A DNA stretch of 64,000 bases from an uncultured Bacteroidales bacterium (GTDB lineage Bacteria; Bacteroidota; Bacteroidia; Bacteroidales; UBA10428), in assembly GCA_964646255.1 (NCBI GenBank), contig CAZYDI010000006.1:5142-69141 (forward strand). Direction: 5' to 3'. This document shows, in pieces, positions 28,875 through 37,291 of the stretch; position 1 is the stretch's first letter; each line of letters opens with the position of its first letter. A program made the translations under genes and the position numbers. The notes under the pieces are model-generated. The model was not told the DNA's origin. It did no database searches and was given only the letters and a program-made list of their open reading frames with translations.

Positions 28875-29357
28875 TCATGGCAAATCCGGAAAAATGCGAA
28901 AATAATCCTTGGTATTGTCGTGCACATCTGTCCGGTGTAATAACTCGTCAACCGGCATCCATACAAACCGGCTATGCTGATTATCAGCCGGATTCAAATC
29001 GTATTTCATTGATTCAATTATGTAGGCAAGTACTACATAGTGGGTGTCAATTCCCGGTATATTAAATGTATTCTCGCCTGGATATAAATGCTCGGCAATG
29101 GTGAAAAACCGTGCACCGGAACGCGGAATAGCAATACCAAGCTCGGTTTGCGTAATTCTCATAAACTCTTTATCTATACGACGGTTCTTATAAATTCTTC
29201 CTCCGGGAACGAACCAGCAGTTTTTTGCAGGGAAATTATTTCTGTATCCCAGTAAAATTTCTCCGGATTGGTTTTTAATGATAAGGTCTATTGATACGAG
29301 CGGGCCGTTCTTTAAAAGGCTTATGAAATCATCTTTAGGCAATTTTCCTATGGTCAT
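28875..29357 (-). CDS. NUDIX hydrolase, GDP-mannose mannosyl hydrolase (NudD/WcaH)-like
   Basis: PLVSIDLIIKNQSGEILLGYRNNFPAKNCWFVPGGRIYKNRRIDKEFMRITQTELG closely parallels E. coli NudD. I prefer the start at ATG 29357 (MTIGKL...) over the 29495 extension. Confidence 0.7.
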   Translation of the reverse strand: MTIGKLPKDDFISLLKNGPLVSIDLIIKNQSGEILLGYRNNFPAKNCWFVPGGRIYKNRRIDKEFMRITQTELGIAIPRSGARFFTIAEHLYPGENTFNIPGIDTHYVVLAYIIESMKYDLNPADNQHSRFVWMPVDELLHRTDVHDNTKDYFRIFPDLP

Positions 29358-29469
29358 ACAAAGGTGGGTTACTTTTATTACAGGCAATACGGTTAAATTC
29401 ATTGCCGGAACCAAATTTAAAAAAATCTGCCGGGTTTTTTCATATTCATGACGATGCATTTGTTTTTCG

Positions 29470-29477
29470 TACTTTTG
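29470..29477 (+). promoter_or_regulatory. Candidate -7 promoter box TACTTTTG upstream of the RIC-like gene
   Basis: The sequence matches TAnnTTTG exactly. It ends 16 nt before ATG 29494. Confidence 0.4.
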
Positions 29478-29493
29478 CAGAAACAACTGCACC

Positions 29494-30219
29494 ATGTATA
29501 CTTCCGTTAAAGATTACCTGTCTCCGGATACAGAGTTGTCGGAAATTGTACTGTCTCATCCAAGGACGCTTCTACTGCTGGAACACCTTGAAATATCCGT
29601 GCCTATCCATTCCAAATCGGTGTCGAAAATTTGCAGTGAGAAAAAAATAAGCGAAGGTTTATTTGTTTCGCTGGCCAACCTGTATATGGGCAATCAAATC
29701 ACAGACAGATCGAAAATTAATATCAGCGATTTACCCGTCATCATTCAATTCCTGAAAAAAAGTCATTCTTATTATCACGAAGTATATCCACAAATTCAAG
29801 TATCCATTCAATCGCTGCAACAGGTTAACAATTCTCCCGAAATTACTATGGTTGAGAAGTTTTTCAGGGAATATTTCCTTGAAGTAAAGGAACATCTTGA
29901 CTATGAGGACGAAATCGTATTCCCTTATATTCACACCGTGTATGATTGTTTGAATAATAAAAAGCCTTTTGATCTGGTATCCTCGTATTCCGTTACCGAA
30001 TACAAGGATCATCATAACGATATAGAGGAAAAACTGAACGATTTAATGAACCTGTTGATTAAGTATCTGCCCCAAAAGAATGATATGCAGCAGCGTAGAA
30101 TCCTTTTTATGGCGCTGTCTGATGTGAATTTCGATCTGGGTATTCATTCACGTGTTGAAGAAGAAATCCTGATTCCATTGGTTGAAAAAGCAGAAGATCA
30201 ACTGGCCCGAAGAGCATGA
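29494..30219 (+). CDS. RIC/YtfE/ScdA-like di-iron (hemerythrin-type) protein
   Basis: The 241-aa protein is collinear with E. coli YtfE. Matching segments are LSEIVLSHPRT (N-domain), HSYYHEVYPQI, EHLDYEDEIVFPYI, YKDHHNDIEEKL and IHSRVEEEILIPLV. The YtfE CCGG motif is replaced by VPIH. Confidence 0.75.
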   Translation: MYTSVKDYLSPDTELSEIVLSHPRTLLLLEHLEISVPIHSKSVSKICSEKKISEGLFVSLANLYMGNQITDRSKINISDLPVIIQFLKKSHSYYHEVYPQIQVSIQSLQQVNNSPEITMVEKFFREYFLEVKEHLDYEDEIVFPYIHTVYDCLNNKKPFDLVSSYSVTEYKDHHNDIEEKLNDLMNLLIKYLPQKNDMQQRRILFMALSDVNFDLGIHSRVEEEILIPLVEKAEDQLARRA

Positions 30220-30797
30220 ATAAAGTAAATCATATTATCATTGTTGAGTCGTCTCATTTGCTTTATGAGGGATTGGTGCAGGTAATCTCGAAATCCGGAT
30301 TGAATGCGCATATCAGGCAAACTGCCAGTTTAGGTGATGCGGAAAAGCAAATAAGCATAAAGCCGGATAGCATTGTAATCATTAACCCATCGCTGGTTCA
30401 ATACAATACAAAGGAGTTTCACCACTTAAAAAATGCCTGGGATGGTGTTAAATGGATTGGCCTTGTATATTTGCATTTTGATTACCAGGTACTTGACTTA
30501 TTCGACGGCATTATTAGTATTTCCGACACCCCTTCTGTAATAGTTTCCACCCTTAAAAGGGTTCTTTTATCGGAGTCAAAAATACCCGATGTCACTGAAG
30601 ATGTGCTGAGTGATCGCGAAACGGAAGTGCTGAAGCTATTGGCCAAAGGGATGTCAAATAAGGAAATAGGCGATGAACTGAATATCTCTGTGAACACCGT
30701 TATCACGCACAGGAAAAAAATATCACAGAAAACGGGTATAAAAACGGTTTCAGGCCTGACTATATATGCAGTTGTGAATAAACTTATTATCCTGTAA
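30216..30797 (+). CDS. LuxR/NarL-type regulator with degenerate (pseudo-)receiver domain
   Basis: The C-terminal GerE HTH reads LSDRETEVLKLLAKGMSNKEIGDELNISVNTVITHRKKI. The N-terminal receiver-like fold has ES in place of the DD pair and IINPS in place of the phospho-Asp. Its start overlaps the upstream stop (ATGA). Confidence 0.8.
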   Translation: MNKVNHIIIVESSHLLYEGLVQVISKSGLNAHIRQTASLGDAEKQISIKPDSIVIINPSLVQYNTKEFHHLKNAWDGVKWIGLVYLHFDYQVLDLFDGIISISDTPSVIVSTLKRVLLSESKIPDVTEDVLSDRETEVLKLLAKGMSNKEIGDELNISVNTVITHRKKISQKTGIKTVSGLTIYAVVNKLIIL

Positions 30798-30802
30798 ACC
30801 GT

Positions 30803-30835
30803 GGCTGTTTATCCCCTGTTTTGATGATAACAGCC
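30803..30835 (+). terminator. Weak candidate terminator hairpin after the LuxR gene
   Basis: GGCTGTT(T)AT pairs with ATAACAGCC with one bulge. The downstream T tract is poor. Confidence 0.25.
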
Positions 30836-30880
30836 AAATCTTTCATTCATTTAAGGTATTTCAGCTTAATACTACAACAA

Positions 30881-30888
30881 TACTTTTG
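30881..30888 (+). promoter_or_regulatory. Candidate -7 promoter box TACTTTTG upstream of porin-feoAB
   Basis: The sequence matches TAnnTTTG exactly. It sits 8 nt before ATG 30897 and 20 nt before ATG 30909. Confidence 0.4.
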
Positions 30889-30896
30889 CATTGACT

Positions 30897-32045
30897 ATGA
30901 ACGCAGGAATGAAAAAATCATATACTATTGCCCTGGGCCTTTTCATTGCCTTTTCGGTTAATGCCCAGGATACTTTGAACAGAAGCCCTTTTCTCGCTGA
31001 AGCTTCATACACAGGTGACAATGCCGCCAATCTTGATGGAGGCATAAAAACAGGATATGCCTATTTGGGAATGGTCAACCTCAGCCTGTTTTTTGATTTT
31101 GAAAAAGCAGGACTGTGGAAGGGCGGTTCCGTTTTTATACATGCTGCCAATACACATGGCGCTGTTCCATCGGCAAAAATGTTTGGTGATGCACAGGTGG
31201 CTTCGAATATTGAAGCCGGAAATCATACCTATGTCCAGGAACTATACTACAAACAGACTTTAGGAAAGGTAGAACTCACCATCGGATTGCAGGATCTTAA
31301 TGTTGAATTTGTTAACTCCGGCTATGGCGCATTGTTTCTGAACAGCTCATTTGGAATTATGCCTGTGATTTCGGCAAATTTAGCAGCCCCTATTTTTCCA
31401 CTGACTTCACCCGGGTTCACTACCAGGATAAACATCAATGAAAGATCAACCTGGCTTGTTGCTTTATATGACGGCTGTCCTACCGGTGTTGATGACAATC
31501 CAAACAATCTGAAATGGCAATTCAATTCGGGCGATGGATTACTGGCCATAACAGAGTATCAGCGGACCCTTCAAATTAACCGGCATCAGGGATTATATAA
31601 GATTGGTCTATTTTCGCACAACCATGTTATTCAAAAAGCATTTGGTGAAGCGTTGCCCGATTCACTCAACCGGATCATCGCAGGGGCATATGTCCTGGTC
31701 GACCAGGTTATATGGGAAAGAAATGAAAAGAGCCTGGGAATATTTACGCAAGCGGGCTACAGCCCTTCCGGATACAGTGCAAATGATGTATATGTTGGGA
31801 TGGGATTAAACATGGGTGGATTTTTAAGCAAAAAGAAGAACGATGTATTGGGTTTGGCAGTTGCGCATGCTCACTATACAGGGGGTACAGGCAGCGAAAC
31901 GAGCGTAGAACTTACCTGGTTAAAACCAGTTCATAAGCATATTACCATTCAACCCGATATCCAATACATCATTCAACCTTCAGGCAAGGTTGGTGGGTTA
32001 AGAAATGTTTTTGCAGGAGTATTAAGGATTGCTTTATCATTTTAG
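30897..32045 (+). CDS. OprB-like (carbohydrate-selective-type) outer-membrane porin
   Basis: The protein is about 380 aa with a signal peptide (MKKSYTIALGLFIAFSVNAQ). OprB-family-like segments include GGIKTGYAYLGMVNLSL and LGLAVAHA, and the C-terminus ends ...LRIALSF. ATG 30909 is an alternative start. Confidence 0.65.
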   Translation: MNAGMKKSYTIALGLFIAFSVNAQDTLNRSPFLAEASYTGDNAANLDGGIKTGYAYLGMVNLSLFFDFEKAGLWKGGSVFIHAANTHGAVPSAKMFGDAQVASNIEAGNHTYVQELYYKQTLGKVELTIGLQDLNVEFVNSGYGALFLNSSFGIMPVISANLAAPIFPLTSPGFTTRININERSTWLVALYDGCPTGVDDNPNNLKWQFNSGDGLLAITEYQRTLQINRHQGLYKIGLFSHNHVIQKAFGEALPDSLNRIIAGAYVLVDQVIWERNEKSLGIFTQAGYSPSGYSANDVYVGMGLNMGGFLSKKKNDVLGLAVAHAHYTGGTGSETSVELTWLKPVHKHITIQPDIQYIIQPSGKVGGLRNVFAGVLRIALSF

Positions 32046-32057
32046 GAGAGTTAAAAA

Positions 32058-34523
32058 ATGCAGTTGTCAGATTTAGCGAATAATCAGAAAGCAGTTATTA
32101 CCAGGGTATTGGGACACGGTTCATTTCGTAAACGTATTACCGAAATGGGTTTTGTAAAAGGGAAAGAGGTTACCGTTATAAAGAATGCACCATTGCAGGA
32201 TCCGATCGAATACGAAATAATGGGTTATCATGTATCATTAAGGCGGGCTGAAGCCTCCTTAATTGAAATTGCCATGGATAATTACAACAAAACCGATTTG
32301 TTGGCATATGAAGGCACCATCATTGAGAACCGGCTGAAGATTTCAACGCGCGGGAAAACCAAAACAATCCAGGTGGCGTTGGTGGGAAATCCCAACAGTG
32401 GAAAAACCACCCTTTTCAATCTTGCCTCAGGTTTGCATGAGCGGGTTGGGAACTATGGTGGTGTAACGATAGAAGCCAAGGAGGCAACATTCAGGAAAGA
32501 TAAGTATACCCTTAAAATTACCGACCTCCCGGGAACATATTCCATTACCGAATATACACCGGAAGAACTGTTTGTACGAAAACACATCCTTGAAAACAAA
32601 CCGGATATCGTAATTAATGTAGTTGATGGCTCCAACCTGGAACGCAACCTGCTGCTGACTACACAACTCATCGACATGAACATCAAGGTGATTATTGCCC
32701 TGAATATGTATGATGAAATGCAGGGGCAGGGGATCATGCTTGATCATTTACAACTTGCCAGATTGCTTGGGATACCTGTTGTACCAACTGTTGCTGTTAA
32801 AGGTCAGGGCCTGCAGGAACTGTTGTCCAAAATAATTGAGGTATATGAAGACCGGGATCCGGTAGTAAGGCATATTCACATTAACTATGGCAGCACGATT
32901 GAAGAATCGATAAGCCGGATACAAGGTGAGATAAGAAAAAGCAGGGTGAATCCGATGAGGCTGTCAACGCGCTACCTGGCAATCAAACTGCTCGAAAACG
33001 ATAAAACAACGAAGCAATCCCTATTGGGTCATATCAATTTTGACCGTATAGAGATGATCAGCAATGCTGAAATCCAAAAGCTTGAAAAGGAGTTTCGCGA
33101 AAAGGCCGAAACAACCATTATTGATGCCAAGTATGGTTTTATTGCAGGTGCGTTGGGAGAAACCTGTACACGGGTATCGGGAAAATCAAAGAAGAAGTGG
33201 GTGATTGATGACCTGCTTACCCATAAATACTGGGGATTCCCAATTTTCTTTGCTTTCCTTTGGCTGATGTTTCAGGCTACCTTCAGCCTGGGAAATTACC
33301 CGATGGAATGGATAGATGCCGGTGTAGCATTTGTTGGCGGACATTTAAGCAGTATTATCCCTGACGGTCCGCTTCATGATCTCATCATCGATGGTATCAT
33401 TGGTGGTGTAGGAGGAGTGATCATCTTCCTTCCCAATATTCTTATTCTGTTCTTCTTCATATCGGTTATGGAAGACACCGGGTATATGGCAAGGGTGTCA
33501 TTTATCATGGACAAGTTGATGCACAAAATGGGGCTTCATGGCAAATCATTCATTCCGTTGATTATGGGTTTTGGATGCAATGTTCCTGCTGTGATGGCTA
33601 CACGTACCCTCGAAAACCGGAAGGACAGAATTATCACCATGCTGGTTACTCCTTTCATGTCATGCAGTGCCCGTTTACCGGTTTATGTGCTGATCATTTC
33701 TGCATTTTTTACCCGCCATCAGGGCCTTGTCTTATTTTCGATATACATATTTGGTATTGTGCTGGCCATTGTGGTTGCACTTCTTTTAAAAAGAACGATG
33801 TTTTCAAGGCATGATGTTCCCTTTGTAATGGAATTACCCAAGTACCGCATCCCAACCCTTACCAACTCCTTTACCCATATGTGGTTTAAAGGTTCGCAGT
33901 ACTTACGCAAGATGGGAACGGTCATTTTAATGGCATCCATTCTTATTTGGGCATTAAGCTATTATCCAAGAAAAGTGAAATATAGCCTTGATTATGATGC
34001 TCAAACCGAACTAATTAACAAAACGGTAACCGATGAAAAGGAAAGAACTTTGCAGGTGAATGCCCTGGAACTTAAAAAAGTCTCGGAGCACCAGGAGCAA
34101 TCCTACATTGGCAGGCTAGGGCGTTATATTGAACCTGCCATACAACCCCTTGGTTTCGATTGGAAAATCGGCATCAGCATCATCACTGGTCTTGCAGCAA
34201 AAGAGATTGTTGTAGGTTCAATGGGCGTATTGTACCATGCCGAACTGGAAGCCAATGAACAGTCGGGGAGCCTGATAAAAAACCTTCAGCAGCAGGTTCA
34301 TTCATCAGGAAAACTGGAGGGACAAAAAGTTTTTACACCCCTGGTTGCATTCGGATTTATGCTCTTTGTGCTGATATACTTTCCCTGTGTTGCTGTAATA
34401 GCAGCCATAAAGAAAGAATCAAACTGGAAATATGCATTATTTGCTATGTTTTACACAACAGCCCTGGCATGGCTTGTGGCTTTTATAACCTATCAGGCAG
34501 GTAACCTGATCACTAAAATATAA
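32058..34523 (+). CDS. feoB: Fused FeoA-FeoB ferrous iron transporter
   Basis: The 821-aa protein starts with a FeoA SH3-like domain (VITRVLGHGSFRKRITEMGFVKGKEVTVI). A G-domain (GNPNSGKTTLFN, DLPG) and the polytopic FeoB membrane domain follow. Confidence 0.93.
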   Translation: MQLSDLANNQKAVITRVLGHGSFRKRITEMGFVKGKEVTVIKNAPLQDPIEYEIMGYHVSLRRAEASLIEIAMDNYNKTDLLAYEGTIIENRLKISTRGKTKTIQVALVGNPNSGKTTLFNLASGLHERVGNYGGVTIEAKEATFRKDKYTLKITDLPGTYSITEYTPEELFVRKHILENKPDIVINVVDGSNLERNLLLTTQLIDMNIKVIIALNMYDEMQGQGIMLDHLQLARLLGIPVVPTVAVKGQGLQELLSKIIEVYEDRDPVVRHIHINYGSTIEESISRIQGEIRKSRVNPMRLSTRYLAIKLLENDKTTKQSLLGHINFDRIEMISNAEIQKLEKEFREKAETTIIDAKYGFIAGALGETCTRVSGKSKKKWVIDDLLTHKYWGFPIFFAFLWLMFQATFSLGNYPMEWIDAGVAFVGGHLSSIIPDGPLHDLIIDGIIGGVGGVIIFLPNILILFFFISVMEDTGYMARVSFIMDKLMHKMGLHGKSFIPLIMGFGCNVPAVMATRTLENRKDRIITMLVTPFMSCSARLPVYVLIISAFFTRHQGLVLFSIYIFGIVLAIVVALLLKRTMFSRHDVPFVMELPKYRIPTLTNSFTHMWFKGSQYLRKMGTVILMASILIWALSYYPRKVKYSLDYDAQTELINKTVTDEKERTLQVNALELKKVSEHQEQSYIGRLGRYIEPAIQPLGFDWKIGISIITGLAAKEIVVGSMGVLYHAELEANEQSGSLIKNLQQQVHSSGKLEGQKVFTPLVAFGFMLFVLIYFPCVAVIAAIKKESNWKYALFAMFYTTALAWLVAFITYQAGNLITKI

Positions 34524-34526
34524 GGT

Positions 34527-34700
34527 ATGGTGCAGGATATTCTCACATTACTCATTGTCTTTGCCGTTGCAATTGCGGTAATAGTAAATGTTGCACGTTC
34601 GGTTATGGTGAAAAAAGCATCGGGTGCCTGCAGCGGCTGTGCAATGAAGAAGGCCGGCGATGCAGTTTGCAAAACAAATCATGCTTCAACCGTTGATTAA
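34527..34700 (+). CDS. FeoB-associated Cys-rich small membrane protein (57 aa)
   Basis: This ORF is below the size cut-off of the ORF track. It encodes MVQDILTLLIVFAVAIAVIVNVARSVMVKKASGACSGCAMKKAGDAVCKTNHASTVD, with one TM helix and a CxxC. Its start lies 3 nt after the feoB stop. Confidence 0.7.
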   Translation: MVQDILTLLIVFAVAIAVIVNVARSVMVKKASGACSGCAMKKAGDAVCKTNHASTVD

Positions 34701-34720
34701 AAGGAAGTCAGAACATCCCT

Positions 34721-34740
34721 GATAATGATGGTTGAAAATT
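34721..34740 (+). promoter_or_regulatory. Partial Fur-box-like sequence upstream of the TBDR-heme operon promoter
   Basis: In GATAATGATGGTTGAAAATT, the first 9 nt match the 19-bp Fur consensus GATAATGAT. Overall the match is about 11 of 19. It lies 13 nt upstream of the -7 box at 34753. Confidence 0.3.
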
Positions 34741-34752
34741 GGCCCAAACGAT

Positions 34753-34760
34753 TATCTTTG
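34753..34760 (+). promoter_or_regulatory. Candidate -7 promoter box TATCTTTG
   Basis: The sequence matches TAnnTTTG exactly. It ends 16 nt before ATG 34777. Confidence 0.4.
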
Positions 34761-34776
34761 CAAAAAAGCTTTAATA

Positions 34777-35118
34777 ATGTTCGTTTTTGGGCTTTTCTCG
34801 AGTTATATACCTTATTTGGTTATTCTGGTTACGTATTCGGTATACCTGCTGCTTAGTCTGGGGGTTAAGCAACAGGATCCTGTTTCTGCTGTTCAATCCG
34901 CTGAAAAGTATATTCATGTTACCGCCAAAGCAGAATTATCGGTAAAAGACAATGACTATGTTGCATTTGCTGATGACATTTTCATTTCTTCAGAAAATGA
35001 AAGGCTGACCATACCTGAACTTAGCAAACTGCTCTATGTTGAATGCCGTACGGAAAAGTTCCTGATACTTTTCAAGGGTAATCATATTTTCTCACGCCCG
35101 CCTCCATTTGCTGCCTGA
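34777..35118 (+). CDS. Hypothetical N-terminally anchored protein leading the TBDR operon
   Basis: The 113-aa product runs from ATG 34777. The TTG at 34732 in the ORF track lies upstream of the predicted promoter. It has one or two N-terminal TM helices, and I recognise no family. Confidence 0.45.
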   Translation: MFVFGLFSSYIPYLVILVTYSVYLLLSLGVKQQDPVSAVQSAEKYIHVTAKAELSVKDNDYVAFADDIFISSENERLTIPELSKLLYVECRTEKFLILFKGNHIFSRPPPFAA

Positions 35119-35198
35119 ACAACCTTTATTACCAACACGATCTGCCATGTTTTATCGTTTGTCGGATCACTGCAGCATTTACCCTAAAACATACTTTA

Positions 35199-37286
35199 AT
35201 GGAGAAAAACTATTACGTATTTATAGCACTGCTTTTCATATTGCTGTTACCTGCCAAAGGACAAGACCCTCCGCTTGAGGGCACTTCGGATTCTTCTGTT
35301 GTTGTCCTTGAAAACATTGTGGTGAGTGCATCAAAAATGAACCTCAAGGTTAAAGAGATGCCGGCCTCTGTATCTATCGTATCGGCAAAGGCAATAAGGC
35401 TGAATGAAATAGGCAGCCTTCACAGTATCAACACACTGGTCCCCAATTTTGCAATGCCCGAATACGGATCAAAACTAACATCGCCGGTTTACATCAGGGG
35501 TATAGGATCACGCATTAATGCGCCGTCGATAGGGTTATATGTTGATAATGTTCCCTATTTTGATAAATCAACATTCAGTCTTGATTTGTTCGACATTGAG
35601 CACATTGAGGTGCTCAGGGGTCCTCAGGGCACACTTTACGGGCGTAACAGCATGGGTGGGATGATAAACATTACCACCCGGTCGCCCATGGAAAAGCAGG
35701 GTGGACATATAGGAGTTACTTTGGCCACATATGGCAATTACCGGGTTGAAGGTGGTTACTACGGCAAAATTAACAATGATGCAGCCGTTTCATTGTCAGC
35801 ACGATACCAGCACAGGGATGGTTTTTTTACAAACCGGTACCTCGATGAAAAGGTGGATGAACTTAATTCATTTGCCTTGAGAAACAGGCTGGTATATAAG
35901 CTTAGCAGGGAAATTTCACTCGAGAATATTGCCGGATTTGAGTGGAGCAGGCAGGGCGGATACCCGTATGCCATTTATAATGATTCACTGAAAACCCTGG
36001 ATGCTGTGCGCTACAATCAAAAAAGCTCCTATGACCGGAATATGTTCTCCGATGCCTTAATTTTCAAATACGCAAAACCAACATGGGAAATAAGCAACAG
36101 CCTTTCATATCAATATTTCGATGATGTTCAGAGAATCGACCAGGATTTTTCTACCGACTCCTTGTATTTTGCAAAGCAAACACAAAAACAGAAAATGGTT
36201 TCAAACGAGTTGTCGGCCCGGTCAAAGGGAGACGGTACATTTAAATGGGTCCTTGGCGGTTTTGGTTTATTACAATCATTCAGCAACCTGGTGGATGTTG
36301 ATGTATACAACATTAACCAATGGTATGTGAAGGATTACAATACCAACCTCAGGGGATTCGCATTCTTCGGACAATTGTCTGTAAAAATACAGCCAAACCT
36401 TGTGTTAACCGGCGGAATTCGTTATGATTACGAACAATCGGAACTCGAATATGCTTATTACGGTCAACGCGGAATCAATGAACTCCCTGCCATAGACACG
36501 GTTTACCCTGTTTTGAAGGACCATGTAATGCTGCCCAAAGTTGCCCTTACCTACAAGTTTGGGAACACCAACATATATGCATCTTATTCAACAGGATATA
36601 AACCCGGGGGATTTAATTCCACGTCGGATTTGCCCGATAGCCTCTTAAGGTTTAAACACGAGAATAGCCACAACTTTGAAGCCGGTATCAAATCGTCCTT
36701 GTTCGAAAACCTTATATACACCGATTTCGCATTGTTTTTTACCCGCATGGAAAACCAGCAAATTTATCGTACGGCTCCCAATGGCAGGGGATCATACCTT
36801 CATAACTCGGGATTATCTGAAAATACAGGGTTCGAAATATCCGTCCGCAATAAGGAATTTCACGGATTTGAAGCTATGGTAGCTTATGGTTATACGCAAT
36901 CCAAAATAATTAAGTATGTTCAGGACGCTGCCATCAATTTCAATAACCATTATACTCCTTACATTCCCCGCCATACAATGGCAGTGCAGTTAACCAAAAG
37001 GGTGAAATTAAAGAATAATCAAATTGCCAACGAGGCTCTTTTTAACGTAGTATTCCATCAATCGGGAATCACCTATTGGGATTTAAAGAATAACTTCGCT
37101 GAAGAGCGCTATCAGTTGTTTGATGCCAAAATAATATTAACGCGAAATAACATTCAGGTGGATTTTTGGGGCAGGAATTTGCTGAACACCCGGTATAAAT
37201 CTTTCCTTTTTGAAGCCAACAATAAAGTGTATGCCCAAAAGGGCAGGCCTTTTCAGGCAGGGGTGAATGTTACTGTAAAGTTTTAA
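35199..37286 (+). CDS. TonB-dependent receptor (iron-chelate/heme class)
   Basis: The 695-aa protein has a signal peptide and a plug domain (LENIVVSASK TonB-box region, IEVLRGPQGTLYGRNSMGGMINI). A beta-barrel follows, with a terminal ...AGVNVTVKF. Confidence 0.9.
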   Translation: MEKNYYVFIALLFILLLPAKGQDPPLEGTSDSSVVVLENIVVSASKMNLKVKEMPASVSIVSAKAIRLNEIGSLHSINTLVPNFAMPEYGSKLTSPVYIRGIGSRINAPSIGLYVDNVPYFDKSTFSLDLFDIEHIEVLRGPQGTLYGRNSMGGMINITTRSPMEKQGGHIGVTLATYGNYRVEGGYYGKINNDAAVSLSARYQHRDGFFTNRYLDEKVDELNSFALRNRLVYKLSREISLENIAGFEWSRQGGYPYAIYNDSLKTLDAVRYNQKSSYDRNMFSDALIFKYAKPTWEISNSLSYQYFDDVQRIDQDFSTDSLYFAKQTQKQKMVSNELSARSKGDGTFKWVLGGFGLLQSFSNLVDVDVYNINQWYVKDYNTNLRGFAFFGQLSVKIQPNLVLTGGIRYDYEQSELEYAYYGQRGINELPAIDTVYPVLKDHVMLPKVALTYKFGNTNIYASYSTGYKPGGFNSTSDLPDSLLRFKHENSHNFEAGIKSSLFENLIYTDFALFFTRMENQQIYRTAPNGRGSYLHNSGLSENTGFEISVRNKEFHGFEAMVAYGYTQSKIIKYVQDAAINFNNHYTPYIPRHTMAVQLTKRVKLKNNQIANEALFNVVFHQSGITYWDLKNNFAEERYQLFDAKIILTRNNIQVDFWGRNLLNTRYKSFLFEANNKVYAQKGRPFQAGVNVTVKF

Positions 37287-37291
37287 TCAGG

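Noticed and set aside
30811-30835. Possible Fur box (TTGATGATAACAG) upstream of the porin-feoAB promoter
   Set aside because: It is only a loose half-site match to TGATAATnATTATCA. It also overlaps the candidate terminator stem of the LuxR gene, so it is too weak to call.
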